From Candidatus Treponema equi (lineage in GTDB: Bacteria > Spirochaetota > Spirochaetia > Treponematales > Treponemataceae): 50,593 nt of DNA. Made by a program: the position numbers and the translations under genes. Location of the stretch: positions 1 through 50,593 of the forward strand of contig JAGHUO010000005.1 of assembly GCA_018064785.1 (NCBI GenBank). Direction: 5' to 3'. Shown here piece after piece: positions 36,680 through 45,773 of this stretch (position 1 is the stretch's first letter; each line of letters starts with the position of its first letter). The notes below the pieces were generated by a model. The model searched no databases and had not been told where the DNA came from. It saw nothing but the letters and a program-made list of their open reading frames with translations.

Positions 36680-39415
36680 CTAGAGGTTCTTAAGGTAGCC
36701 TTCCAGCTTCTCGATCTTGCTCTTTGCGACTTCAAGGGCATCTCGTTCAGCCTGAACGAGTTCTGCAGGGGCATGTTCCGCAAACTTGCCGTTAAGCTTG
36801 TTTTCGCTGCGGCGGACATTTTCTTTTTCCCAGTCGATGTCCTTCTTGAACTTTGCGGCAAGCTGTTCGATGTTGATGTTTTCGTCAACAAGGAGGAATG
36901 CTTCGTAACCTGTTCCAACAGTACCGATTGATTTTGCTGGATTTGCATCAACAAATTCAATTGTCTTGATTCCGGCAAGAAGCTGGATCATGTCTGTCTT
37001 TTCCTTGATTACTTCAGCGTTTGTTCCTGCTGCGATCTTGATTGCAATGCTGATCTTGAGGGCAGGATCGATTCCACATTCTGTGCGGAGACCGCGAACG
37101 TTGCGGATAAGTTCCTTGAGGACATCGAATCTTGCGCTGACTTCTGCGTTGTTGCGAGCTTCTGTAACTTCAGGGTATGGAGCGTCTACAAGGAGACCTG
37201 TGTATTCGCTGTTTGTGATTGTTTTCTGGGCACCTGCTTTCTTGCGGTTTTCAACGATTTCTGCAAGTGGAAGCTTAGACCAGATTTCTTCTGTTACAAA
37301 CGGAATGTATGGATGCATAAGGCGGAGTGATTCTTCGAGGACGTTGAGGAGTACAGAAACTGCACGGTCCTTTTCCTTTTCATCTCCATTCTTGAACGAA
37401 AGCTTTGTTGCTTCAACATACCAGTCACAAAGGTCATTCCAGAAGTATTCATAGATTGCGCTTGCACCGTCGTTGTAGCGGTAGTTCTTGAATGCGTCCT
37501 TTGCGTTTGCTACTGCGTTGTCGAGTCTTGTGTAGATCCACTTGTCCAGTTCTGTAAGGTCTGCGTCTGTTACAGGAATGAGTGTGCGTCCTTCAAGGTT
37601 TCCAAGGATGTAGCGAGATGCGTTCCAAACCTTGTTGCAGAACTTAGATCCCATCTTGAATGAGTCCTTGTCTACGAGAACGTCCTGTCCCTGGGCACAC
37701 ATGTAGCTCAATGTAAACTTGAGGGCGTCTGCACCGTACATGTCGATGATCTCAAGAGGGTCGATTCCGTTTCCGAGGGACTTTGACATCTTGCGTCCCT
37801 GCTTGTCGCGAACGAGACCGTGGATGTAGATGTCATGGAACGGAGCCTTACCTGTAAATTCAAGACCTGCCATGATCATGCGGCTTACCCAGAAGAAGAT
37901 GATGTCGTATGCTGTAACAAGGGCTGTTGTAGGATAGAAATTTGCAAGGTCCTCTGTGTCCTGTGGCCATCCCAGAGTAGAGAAAGGCCAGAGCCATGAA
38001 GAGAACCATGTGTCAAGAACATCTGGATCCTGCTTGAGGTTTGTGCTTCCACACTTTGAACACTTGCATACGTCTTCGCGGCTTACCATTGTTTCGTTAC
38101 AGTCCTGGCAGTACCAGGCTGGGATTCTGTGTCCCCACCAGATCTGGCGGCTTACACACCAGTCGCGGATGTTTGTGAGCCAGTGTTCGTATGTGTTTTC
38201 CCACTTCTTAGGGAAGAACTGGATTTCTCCGTTTTTCCATGCGGCAAGTGCCTTGTCTGCCATTGGCTTCATTTTTACAAACCACTGGTATGACAAATAT
38301 GGTTCAACTACAGTCTTGCAGCGGTAACAGTGGCCTACAGAGTGGTTCATTTTTTCTTCACCCTTGAAAAGTCCTGCTTCTGTAAGATCTTCGATAACAA
38401 GTTTGCGTGCCTGTTCAGGCTTGAGTCCACGGTATTTTTCTGGAACGTTTTCGTTGAGTTTTCCGTCTGGAGTAAGAAGGTTGATTACTTCAAGATTGTG
38501 TCTCTTACCAACTTCCCAGTCGTTAGGGTCGTGGGCTGGAGTAATCTTAACCATACCTGTTCCGAATTCCTTGTCTACATAGTCGTCGGCAATGATTGGG
38601 ATTTCCTTTCCTGTGAGAGGAAGCTTGAGCATTTTTCCAACGATGCCAGTGTAGCGTTCGTCGCTTGGGTTTACTGCAACGGCTGTATCACCAAAGAAAG
38701 TTTCTGGACGAGTTGTTGCAACTTCAATCTTTCCGCTTCCGTCTGCATATTCGTAGTAAAGGTGGTACATTGCACCCTGAGTGTCTTCATGGTCAACTTC
38801 ATCATCGGCGAGGGCTGTTCCACAACGTGGACACCAGTTTACAAGGCGCTGTCCTTTGTACATGAGTCCGCGTTCATAAAGTGTTACGAAAACATCGCGT
38901 ACTGCCTTTGAAAGACCTTCGTCGTATGTAAAGCGTTCACGGTCCCAGTCTACACTGTTACCAAGCTTGCGCTGCTGTTTTACGATTGTTGCGTGATGGT
39001 CTTCCTTGACCTTCCATGTGCGTTCGATGAACTTTTCACGTCCAAGGTCATTGCGTGAAAGACCTTCCTTCTTGAGCTGGCGTTCAACTACGTTCTGTGT
39101 AGCGATACCTGCGTGGTCTGTTCCTGGAACCCAGAGAGTATTGTCCCCGATCATGCGATGGTAACGAACAACGATGTCCTGGAGTGTATTGTTGAGACCG
39201 TGTCCCATGTGAAGAACACCTGTGACGTTTGGAGGTGGAATGACGACTGTATATTTAGAGACTGCTGAGTTCTTGCTTTTTGAAAGATAAGATGCGTGTA
39301 ATGGTGACTTTTCGTCTGAAGCTGGTTTAAAACAGCCTGAATCAACCCACTGTGTGTAGATTCTGTCTTCAAAATCTTTTGGGTTGTAAGCTTTTTCGAG
39401 TTCGATAGCTTTCAT
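36680..39415 (-). CDS. valS: Valine--tRNA ligase
   Basis: PPPNVTGVLHMGH, DHAGIATQ, DWCVSRQIWWGH, KMSKS, C-terminal coiled coil. Confidence 0.98.
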   Translation of the reverse strand: MKAIELEKAYNPKDFEDRIYTQWVDSGCFKPASDEKSPLHASYLSKSKNSAVSKYTVVIPPPNVTGVLHMGHGLNNTLQDIVVRYHRMIGDNTLWVPGTDHAGIATQNVVERQLKKEGLSRNDLGREKFIERTWKVKEDHHATIVKQQRKLGNSVDWDRERFTYDEGLSKAVRDVFVTLYERGLMYKGQRLVNWCPRCGTALADDEVDHEDTQGAMYHLYYEYADGSGKIEVATTRPETFFGDTAVAVNPSDERYTGIVGKMLKLPLTGKEIPIIADDYVDKEFGTGMVKITPAHDPNDWEVGKRHNLEVINLLTPDGKLNENVPEKYRGLKPEQARKLVIEDLTEAGLFKGEEKMNHSVGHCYRCKTVVEPYLSYQWFVKMKPMADKALAAWKNGEIQFFPKKWENTYEHWLTNIRDWCVSRQIWWGHRIPAWYCQDCNETMVSREDVCKCSKCGSTNLKQDPDVLDTWFSSWLWPFSTLGWPQDTEDLANFYPTTALVTAYDIIFFWVSRMIMAGLEFTGKAPFHDIYIHGLVRDKQGRKMSKSLGNGIDPLEIIDMYGADALKFTLSYMCAQGQDVLVDKDSFKMGSKFCNKVWNASRYILGNLEGRTLIPVTDADLTELDKWIYTRLDNAVANAKDAFKNYRYNDGASAIYEYFWNDLCDWYVEATKLSFKNGDEKEKDRAVSVLLNVLEESLRLMHPYIPFVTEEIWSKLPLAEIVENRKKAGAQKTITNSEYTGLLVDAPYPEVTEARNNAEVSARFDVLKELIRNVRGLRTECGIDPALKISIAIKIAAGTNAEVIKEKTDMIQLLAGIKTIEFVDANPAKSIGTVGTGYEAFLLVDENINIEQLAAKFKKDIDWEKENVRRSENKLNGKFAEHAPAELVQAERDALEVAKSKIEKLEGYLKNL

Positions 39416-39449
39416 TTTTGTCCTCTAATTTGGGTAAATTTTGAACAAT

Positions 39450-39478
39450 AGTATAGTAGAAAAGAGGTTTTGTATCAA
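39450..39478 (-). promoter_or_regulatory. Sigma70 promoter of valS
   Basis: TTGATA-17 nt-TATACT, upstream of SD AGAGGA. Confidence 0.7.
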
Positions 39479-39491
39479 TTAAAGCCAGTCA

Positions 39492-41324
39492 TCAAAGCCT
39501 TCGGTCTGTCCTTGGATTTGCCTTGTAGTAATCGGATTTGTTCTGGTACATGGATCGTTCCGCCTCTGTCGTGACCTTGTCGATGTCGGTGATTTTCTGG
39601 AACCATGTTCCACCACAGCTGAGGATCCAGTTTGAAAGAAGTTCACTTCTCAGATTTTCTACTTTTGTAAAGAACTCCTTCTGCAATATGTCAAAGCATA
39701 GTACAACAAATTCATCACCGCCAAGACGGTATATTCTGTCGGATTTCTTTGGGAAATACTTTGTCAGGAGCTTGATGGCGTTGAGGATCAGTTCATCTCC
39801 TGCCTCGTGACCCTTTGTGTCGTTGGTTACTTTCAGTCCATTTACATCGGCATAAAGAATTCCTACGGAACGGTCTCCCTTGTTTGCAAGTTCGTTCATG
39901 TCGCGGATATATGCAGCGCGGTTGTATGATCCAGTCATGCTGTCGGAATAGCTCATCTTGTACAGTTCTTCCGTGTAGTTCTGCTTGAGTTTTTCTTCCA
40001 TGATGTATGTTGCTGCGGAACGGAGTACGATGTCAGTGTTGATGTTCTTTTTGGGCATGTCGATTCCCATGAAGCCTGTGATTTTCTTCATGCTGTCATA
40101 GAACGGAACGACAATAAGGCTTTCTATCTTGCAGCTTTCAAGCAACTTTGCTTCCATTGATTCCGGATCCAGCTCATTCTTGGAATTTGACAGGATCACG
40201 ATGTCCTTCTTCTTGAACAGATCGATCCAGCGGGAAAAAATCTCCAGGTTTACGTTCTGCATGTCATTGATCTGGGATTTAATGCCTTCCTTGCACCATT
40301 CATATTCGTTGCTTGCCGTATTCCTGTTGTAGTCAATGTTGAATATATAGGCTCTGTCAGCTTCGTAGAATTCACCGATATGCTTGAGGATCCTTGCGAT
40401 GGCTTCCTCGAAATCATCTGTGCTAGAAAGTGTGGTAAGGCATTCAACAAGGGCCTTTTCTGTTTCCAGCTGGCCACGTAGTTTTATTACTTCGCCTTCC
40501 ACGTATTCATTTGTGTAAAGGACGCTCTTAAGCCTGCCGTCACGATGGTAACGTACCGGCATGAAACTGGCGCGGCAGAATCCACCTCTGTTTCCTATGT
40601 ATTCCATGGTGATGGAATTTTTGTCCTTGAGCCTTTCGTTGATGGTATCAAGATTTACGAATTCAAGCATTCTTTCAACACAGCTTTTGTGGGTGAAGAA
40701 TTTTACCGTGTCGTCAAGATGTGTTCCCTGTGGTTTGATTTCATCAATCATTTTCTGTACATATTCGTTGGCGTAGATGAGATTTGTTGTATTTCTGTCC
40801 AGATCGATATAAAGGCTGACAAGGTGGCTTCTTGTCATGGCATGGGCGATGGCTGTCATGAGCTTTGAATTGTACAGTTCTTCAGAAAGGGATTCGTGTA
40901 TGTCATATACGTACAGGTATACAATCTGATTTTTTTCGCTGAAATCTACGGCTGGTATCACATCAAGAGTTACCCATCGAATCTCGTTGCTGATGCTTCG
41001 TCTGTATTTGATGCTGTGTTTTTTTACTTCAGTCCGGAAAAGATATTTGATGTTTTCGAGGTCAATGAACTGAAGATAGCTGTCCACATCATCCTTGTAG
41101 ATGTTTCCAGTCATGGCAAAGTTTTTTGCCCACTCTGAGAATTTATGGCAGTAACCTTTATCTACATGTTTTTCTTCGGCAAGTACTTTTATTTCATCGA
41201 AAATGTCTTTCTTGAGATCCAGTTTCAGAATTTTATGGAAGGATTGATGAAGGGCAAGCATGGACTCTTCTTTGAGCTTTGCGCTGGCATATTTCGATTT
41301 GAACAATACTTTTCTTTTTTTCAT
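39492..41324 (-). CDS. Cytoplasmic diguanylate cyclase (two PAS-like domains, GAF, GGDEF), 610 aa
   Basis: GAF: ADRAYIF...N.YEWC..G...GFMGID; cyclase: D.MTG.YNR, DVNGLK.TND.KGH.AGD, RLGGDEF; start ATG 41324 after GAAGGGG. Confidence 0.92.
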   Translation of the reverse strand: MKKRKVLFKSKYASAKLKEESMLALHQSFHKILKLDLKKDIFDEIKVLAEEKHVDKGYCHKFSEWAKNFAMTGNIYKDDVDSYLQFIDLENIKYLFRTEVKKHSIKYRRSISNEIRWVTLDVIPAVDFSEKNQIVYLYVYDIHESLSEELYNSKLMTAIAHAMTRSHLVSLYIDLDRNTTNLIYANEYVQKMIDEIKPQGTHLDDTVKFFTHKSCVERMLEFVNLDTINERLKDKNSITMEYIGNRGGFCRASFMPVRYHRDGRLKSVLYTNEYVEGEVIKLRGQLETEKALVECLTTLSSTDDFEEAIARILKHIGEFYEADRAYIFNIDYNRNTASNEYEWCKEGIKSQINDMQNVNLEIFSRWIDLFKKKDIVILSNSKNELDPESMEAKLLESCKIESLIVVPFYDSMKKITGFMGIDMPKKNINTDIVLRSAATYIMEEKLKQNYTEELYKMSYSDSMTGSYNRAAYIRDMNELANKGDRSVGILYADVNGLKVTNDTKGHEAGDELILNAIKLLTKYFPKKSDRIYRLGGDEFVVLCFDILQKEFFTKVENLRSELLSNWILSCGGTWFQKITDIDKVTTEAERSMYQNKSDYYKANPRTDRRL

Positions 41325-41447
41325 AAGATCCCCTTCCGATTTTCGTAGTCTATCAAAAAGATACAAATTTTTCAAATAAGGAACCTTTTTTACTGATTGA
41401 TATACGTTGGACTGTAAAAGTGCTATAAATAGTGTAGGAGTAAAAAA

Positions 41448-42005
41448 ATGAATTTCAAGATCCGTATAGCGGAAGAAAAAGACGCCCTTGCCTGCCATGA
41501 CATTTACGGTGCCTACGTTGATGGCCTTAACGTAACCTTTACAATTGAAAATCCCAGTGTTGAAAAATACCGTGAGAAAATAATCGACACAAAGAAAAAA
41601 TATCCTTTCTATGTTGCGGAAGATGAAGACGGAACAATTCTGGGCTACTGCTGCGGAGAACCTTTGCGTCCTCACGATGCCTATAAGTGGAATGTTGAAT
41701 GGACCATTGTCCTTTCTTCTGATGCTCCAAGAAGAAGCGGAATAGCAACGGCCCTGTACAACAGGTTCAGTTCAACCTTGAAAAAACAGAACTTCCAATA
41801 CATTTACGCAGTTATCGTAGATACCAATGAAGCCAGCCTTGGATTCCATAAATCTTTGGGGTTTGAAGAGGTAGGTCATTTCCATAATGCTGGCATCAAG
41901 AAAGGAACTTGGCTTGGAATCGTATGGATGAACAAATTCATCGGGGCTGACGGTGCCGACGCAAAGGAACCTGTCTGGTATGAAGATTACAATGATGAGT
42001 TGTAA
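41448..42005 (+). CDS. GNAT acetyltransferase, phosphinothricin acetyltransferase/YncA family
   Basis: DIY..YV....TF, R...AY.W.VE, R.GIATAL, N.AS..FH..LGF..VG...G.K.G.W; SD AGGAG. Confidence 0.9.
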   Translation: MNFKIRIAEEKDALACHDIYGAYVDGLNVTFTIENPSVEKYREKIIDTKKKYPFYVAEDEDGTILGYCCGEPLRPHDAYKWNVEWTIVLSSDAPRRSGIATALYNRFSSTLKKQNFQYIYAVIVDTNEASLGFHKSLGFEEVGHFHNAGIKKGTWLGIVWMNKFIGADGADAKEPVWYEDYNDEL

Positions 42006-42154
42006 TCCAGATGCAAATTTTCCATGTTTGGTGAATATTTTGCTTGTGCATGTGACTGTGCGAATAATTGTTGTTAGATTGAATCATCCTTGATCAGGGG
42101 AAAATCTTAAGTTCATGTATGGATTCACATAATTCAATGGATCGCAATTGTTCT

Positions 42155-43651
42155 TTATCTCTTTCTTCTTTCGATTCCTGATTCAAGATAGTATCTTGTC
42201 TTGTCCTTGTACATCCTCTGTTCCGCTTCTTTTTCAAGCTGGTCGATTGAGTAGTCCGGGAATTCCGTAATGGAAGCTGCACCTTTTGAAATGCTCAGTC
42301 CTGTGGAATAGGTTCCCTTCCAAAGTTTTGAATAGTTGTCTATCAAGCTGAAAATTTCTTCCTGCTGTTCCTTTGTGCAGATTGCGATTGCGATGTATTC
42401 ATCTCCACCTGTTCTGTAGACATAACCGTAGGATTCAATGACGGCGTTGAGTGTCTTTGCGCTTTCAATGATCAGTTCATCTCCTGCCGCATGTCCCTTG
42501 GTATCATTGGCGGCCTTGAGTCCGTTAAGGTCAAAGGAAAGGATTGTGAAGTCTTCAGGAATTCCGTCTGACTGGATCTTTTCAATTTCTTCTTCGAAGG
42601 CACGTCTGTTGAACAGCTTTGTAAGTTCGTCGGTGATTGAAATCTTTATGAGATTTGATTCCCTGTTTTTTTCCTCGGTGCAATCAGAGAAAATAAGCTG
42701 GTATCCTTTGTGTTTCTTGCCTACATAGAGTGGCTTTGAATCGACCTTATAAAAGTTGTTGTTCTTCTTGTAATAGAATTCAGATTTGATGTTTCTCTTG
42801 AAGAAATCAATCCATGAATCCAGTTCCTTGAGTTCATAATCATCAGGATCAACTTTCTTGTCCACGATGAGTTTCTGCAATGGATGGTAGATTTCCTTTG
42901 CGCGGTCGTTGCATCCAAGAAAGTTATAGTTCAGGTCAAAAGACACAACACCGAAGGTATTATGCATGAGCATGGAATCAATGATTGTCTTGTCTATGTT
43001 GTAAAGTCCGATAGTGTTCTGTATCAGAATAAAGACAGTTCCGGAAATAACATACCAGAGCGGAATAAGATCAACTTCAAATAAAAGTCCACTGCCAAAG
43101 TATGAAAAGATACCAAGACTGGCAATAAGGAGAAGTTTTGACACGGCCTTGATGGAAACTTCCCTTTTCCTTTTTATTCCTACGAAAAGTGCCGCAAAAC
43201 TGTAAACGTAGCAGGCGATGAGCAGTACGTAGAAAAACTGGTGGAACACACCATATTCCCTGATGAGCTTTGATGTTCCGTTTTCACAGAACAGTTTGAC
43301 GCTTTTGTAAAAGATTGTGCTTTTGCCGATTGTAAGGGAAGTGATGAAAACGGCTGTGGAAGAAAGAATCAGCAGAAAACGCATCACCTTGTATATCTTG
43401 ATCTTGCAAAGAAAAAGGATGATGAAGAGGATGGATAGTGTCGCGTAACATCCGCCTATATAGGTGATCTGCTGTGCGAAGATTGCATGTGAAAGATTCT
43501 GTGAAATGCTTCTTTCCCAGTATCCAAAGTTGGCTATGCCGGCAAAAACAAAGAAAAGCGCAAGGTCAACTGACTTTGTGGATGTTATTCTAAAAATAAA
43601 GACTGCTGCAAGAATAATTGAAAGAATAAAACAGATTCCGTAGTAATTCAA
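42155..43651 (-). CDS. 7TM membrane sensor (HisKA_7TM-like) plus PAS plus GGDEF diguanylate cyclase
   Basis: About 7 hydrophobic segments; PAS-like GVVSFD...CN..A; DLNGLK.AND.KGH.AGD, RTGGDEY; TTG start at 43651 chosen from SD AGAGG (start uncertain). Confidence 0.88.
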   Translation of the reverse strand: MNYYGICFILSIILAAVFIFRITSTKSVDLALFFVFAGIANFGYWERSISQNLSHAIFAQQITYIGGCYATLSILFIILFLCKIKIYKVMRFLLILSSTAVFITSLTIGKSTIFYKSVKLFCENGTSKLIREYGVFHQFFYVLLIACYVYSFAALFVGIKRKREVSIKAVSKLLLIASLGIFSYFGSGLLFEVDLIPLWYVISGTVFILIQNTIGLYNIDKTIIDSMLMHNTFGVVSFDLNYNFLGCNDRAKEIYHPLQKLIVDKKVDPDDYELKELDSWIDFFKRNIKSEFYYKKNNNFYKVDSKPLYVGKKHKGYQLIFSDCTEEKNRESNLIKISITDELTKLFNRRAFEEEIEKIQSDGIPEDFTILSFDLNGLKAANDTKGHAAGDELIIESAKTLNAVIESYGYVYRTGGDEYIAIAICTKEQQEEIFSLIDNYSKLWKGTYSTGLSISKGAASITEFPDYSIDQLEKEAEQRMYKDKTRYYLESGIERRKR

Positions 43652-43861
43652 TTTAAGACCTCTACCTGGAATTATAATGCCAAAATTGCCCAAAAACGTG
43701 ATTTTTGCCTCTATTGTTGCATTTTTTTCCTGGTGACGGTTCTTTCATGAATATGGTGCTAATATTCTTTCCGTAATTAAAAAAGATGTTATGTACATAG
43801 AAAGTTTTCTTTCATTTGCATCATTCTTTTTCAAAAAAGCAGAAAAATTATGGAAGTGCCT

Positions 43862-44659
43862 ATGAATTATGGAATGCCTGTACTTATTGAACTTGGTTCC
43901 CTTGAAGAGAACTGCACGTTGTGCAAGAAGCTTGGTCTTGATTTCATTGAGCTGAACATGAATTTCCCGGAATACCAGGTTCAGTATTTTGACGCCGGGT
44001 GTTATTCCGCCTTGAAAGAAAAATATGGAATCTACTTTACGATCCACTTAAGTGAAAGCTTCGATGTATCAAGTCCAAACAATTTTGTAAGGGAAGCCTG
44101 GCTAAAGACAGTAGAGGCAGCTGTGGATTTTGCGAAGAAGATATCATGTCCTGTAATCAACATGCACATGAACCATGGAATCTATTTAACTCTGCCGACA
44201 GAAAAAGTCTATGTACATGAAAAAAGACACGATGAATATTTTGACAGCATGGTCCAGTTCCGCAGTTTCTGTGAAAAGTGCATTGGTGACAGCGGCATAA
44301 AAATCTGCATCGAGAATATGGATGGTTTCACCGGTTTTGAAAAAGAAGCCGTTGATTACCTGTTGCAGAGTGCTGCTTTTGGACTCACATGGGATGTAGG
44401 CCACAGCATCAGCAACGATGAATCTGACATGGAGTTCATTCTTTCCCACGTCGACAAGCTCTGCCATTTTCATATTCACGACGGAACAAGAAAAGCGTCC
44501 GGAGCCAAATGCCATCAGGAGTTGGGAACCGGTGAAGTCAATCTGATTTCAAGGCTCAGTCTTGCCAGGGAATGCAACGCAAGGTGTGTTCTTGAGACAA
44601 AGACTGTTAAAGCTCTTGAAAATTCTGTAGAATGGCTTCAATGCAAAAGAATGATTTAG
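43862..44659 (+). CDS. Sugar phosphate isomerase/epimerase (xylose isomerase-like TIM barrel)
   Basis: LDFIEL, NMH, ICIEN, TWDVGH, HFHIHD, H..LG.G, VLE; alternative start at 43850. Confidence 0.88.
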   Translation: MNYGMPVLIELGSLEENCTLCKKLGLDFIELNMNFPEYQVQYFDAGCYSALKEKYGIYFTIHLSESFDVSSPNNFVREAWLKTVEAAVDFAKKISCPVINMHMNHGIYLTLPTEKVYVHEKRHDEYFDSMVQFRSFCEKCIGDSGIKICIENMDGFTGFEKEAVDYLLQSAAFGLTWDVGHSISNDESDMEFILSHVDKLCHFHIHDGTRKASGAKCHQELGTGEVNLISRLSLARECNARCVLETKTVKALENSVEWLQCKRMI

Positions 44660-45057
44660 AAAAGAAATACAACCTTCTGTCCAAGGTTCTCATAAGGCTT
44701 CCAGCGCTGATAGTCACAGGCATAAGCTGGTATATTTCCAGCAGACAGACATTTCCTACGCCGGGCTTTGATAATTCAGACAAGGTGATACATTTCATAT
44801 GTTTTGGTGGTCTTGCTTTTTGCTGGACCTTCTGGTTTTCAAGCAGCAGGTGGATTCAGAAAACAATGGTCTGTTCGGCTTGCGTTTTTCTGATTACAGG
44901 TCTTTACGGAATGACAGATGAAATCCACCAGTCCTTTGTTCCTGGAAGGGATTGCTCGTTCTTTGACTGGCTTGCGGATTCAGCCGGAACAATCTGTGCC
45001 ATTGCTTTCCGCATATTCCTGATAAGAAAAATCTCAGAAAAGAAGAAAGAGGCCTAG
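44632..45057 (+). CDS. VanZ family membrane protein
   Basis: DKVIHF..FG.L, DEIHQSFVPGR.....D..AD..G. Confidence 0.92.
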   Translation: MASMQKNDLEKKYNLLSKVLIRLPALIVTGISWYISSRQTFPTPGFDNSDKVIHFICFGGLAFCWTFWFSSSRWIQKTMVCSACVFLITGLYGMTDEIHQSFVPGRDCSFFDWLADSAGTICAIAFRIFLIRKISEKKKEA

Positions 45058-45515
45058 AGATATTCCGCCTGCCATTGTTCGATTTCAAGGGGAACATTTT
45101 CCTTGTATTGTCTGGCGGCTTCCTCTATTTCTTCCTTTGAATGCACTGGTCCCTTGTCCATTCCGGGACATGTTTTTGCGCAATCGTCCCAGCAGCTTCT
45201 GTCGTTTACCATCCAGTCCCAGAAAGGCCAGGTGCGGCATTGCAATGGTCGTCCTTCATAGGCGGAACATCCGTTGTCCCAAAGTATACATTCAAGCTTT
45301 TTAGTTTCTATGAGCGCAAGGACTTTTTTCCCTTCATAGTAGTCAGCCCACCGGCAGTATTTCTCAACAAAATCCTTTGGAGACATGTCAAAGTGCCTGC
45401 AGAATCTTTCAAGATCTTCCTTTGAAAGGTAGACAAAACCAGGTCCGTTTCCACAGCAGTATGAGCACCTTTTGCATTCAAATTTCAGTCCCTTTTCATA
45501 GAGGCAATTTTGCAT
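45054..45515 (-). CDS. YkgJ family cysteine-cluster (Zn/Fe-chelating) protein
   Basis: F.CKRCSYCC, CI.W..GC..Y..RPLQCRTWPFW, CPG. Confidence 0.92.
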   Translation of the reverse strand: MQNCLYEKGLKFECKRCSYCCGNGPGFVYLSKEDLERFCRHFDMSPKDFVEKYCRWADYYEGKKVLALIETKKLECILWDNGCSAYEGRPLQCRTWPFWDWMVNDRSCWDDCAKTCPGMDKGPVHSKEEIEEAARQYKENVPLEIEQWQAEYL

Positions 45516-45547
45516 AGGGCAACTCTATTACAAAAACTGTTTTTATG

Positions 45548-45697
45548 CGAGTGAAAGTTACTAAAATTACGGGCTTCTATAAAAAACAATCGCTTTCGCT
45601 CGAAGATCACTATTATCGCTTATAAGTTTGCGCCAGCAAACTTACGGCGAAAGTTACTAAAATTACGGGCTTCTATAAAAACAATCGCTTTCGCCGT
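45548..45697. repeat. Tandem structured repeat: two 46-47 nt direct repeats, each closed by a 10-bp stem, with a 9-bp hairpin between them
   Basis: GAAAGTTACTAAAATTACGGGCTTCTATAAAAA(A)CAATCGCTTTCGC at 45553-45599 and 45649-45694; TAAGTTTGC-gcca-GCAAACTTA at 45623-45644. Confidence 0.9.
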
Positions 45698-45725
45698 TGA
45701 ACAAATACTTAATTTTCTTTAGTAT
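45697..45725 (+). promoter_or_regulatory. Candidate sigma70 promoter of glyA
   Basis: TTGAAC-17 nt-TAGTAT. Confidence 0.5.
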
Positions 45726-45773
45726 AGTTAAAACTATTATATTGTCATTACCAATGACGAAAAGAGGTATTTT

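Noticed and set aside
39416-39491. T-box riboswitch upstream of valS (and of cysS)
   Set aside because: Leaders are far too short and lack the T-box motif
41325-41675. 117 aa N-terminal extension of the GGDEF ORF in the ORF track
   Set aside because: It overlaps the convincing GNAT gene on the opposite strand; ATG 41324 has a good SD
45548-45697. CRISPR array, or known glycine/ZTP/purine riboswitch upstream of glyA
   Set aside because: Only two repeat units and no cas genes in the window; I could not match the glycine (GGAGA...CCGAAG...CTCTCAGG), ZTP (GACTGGCG...CGCCTGGGC) or purine consensus by eye
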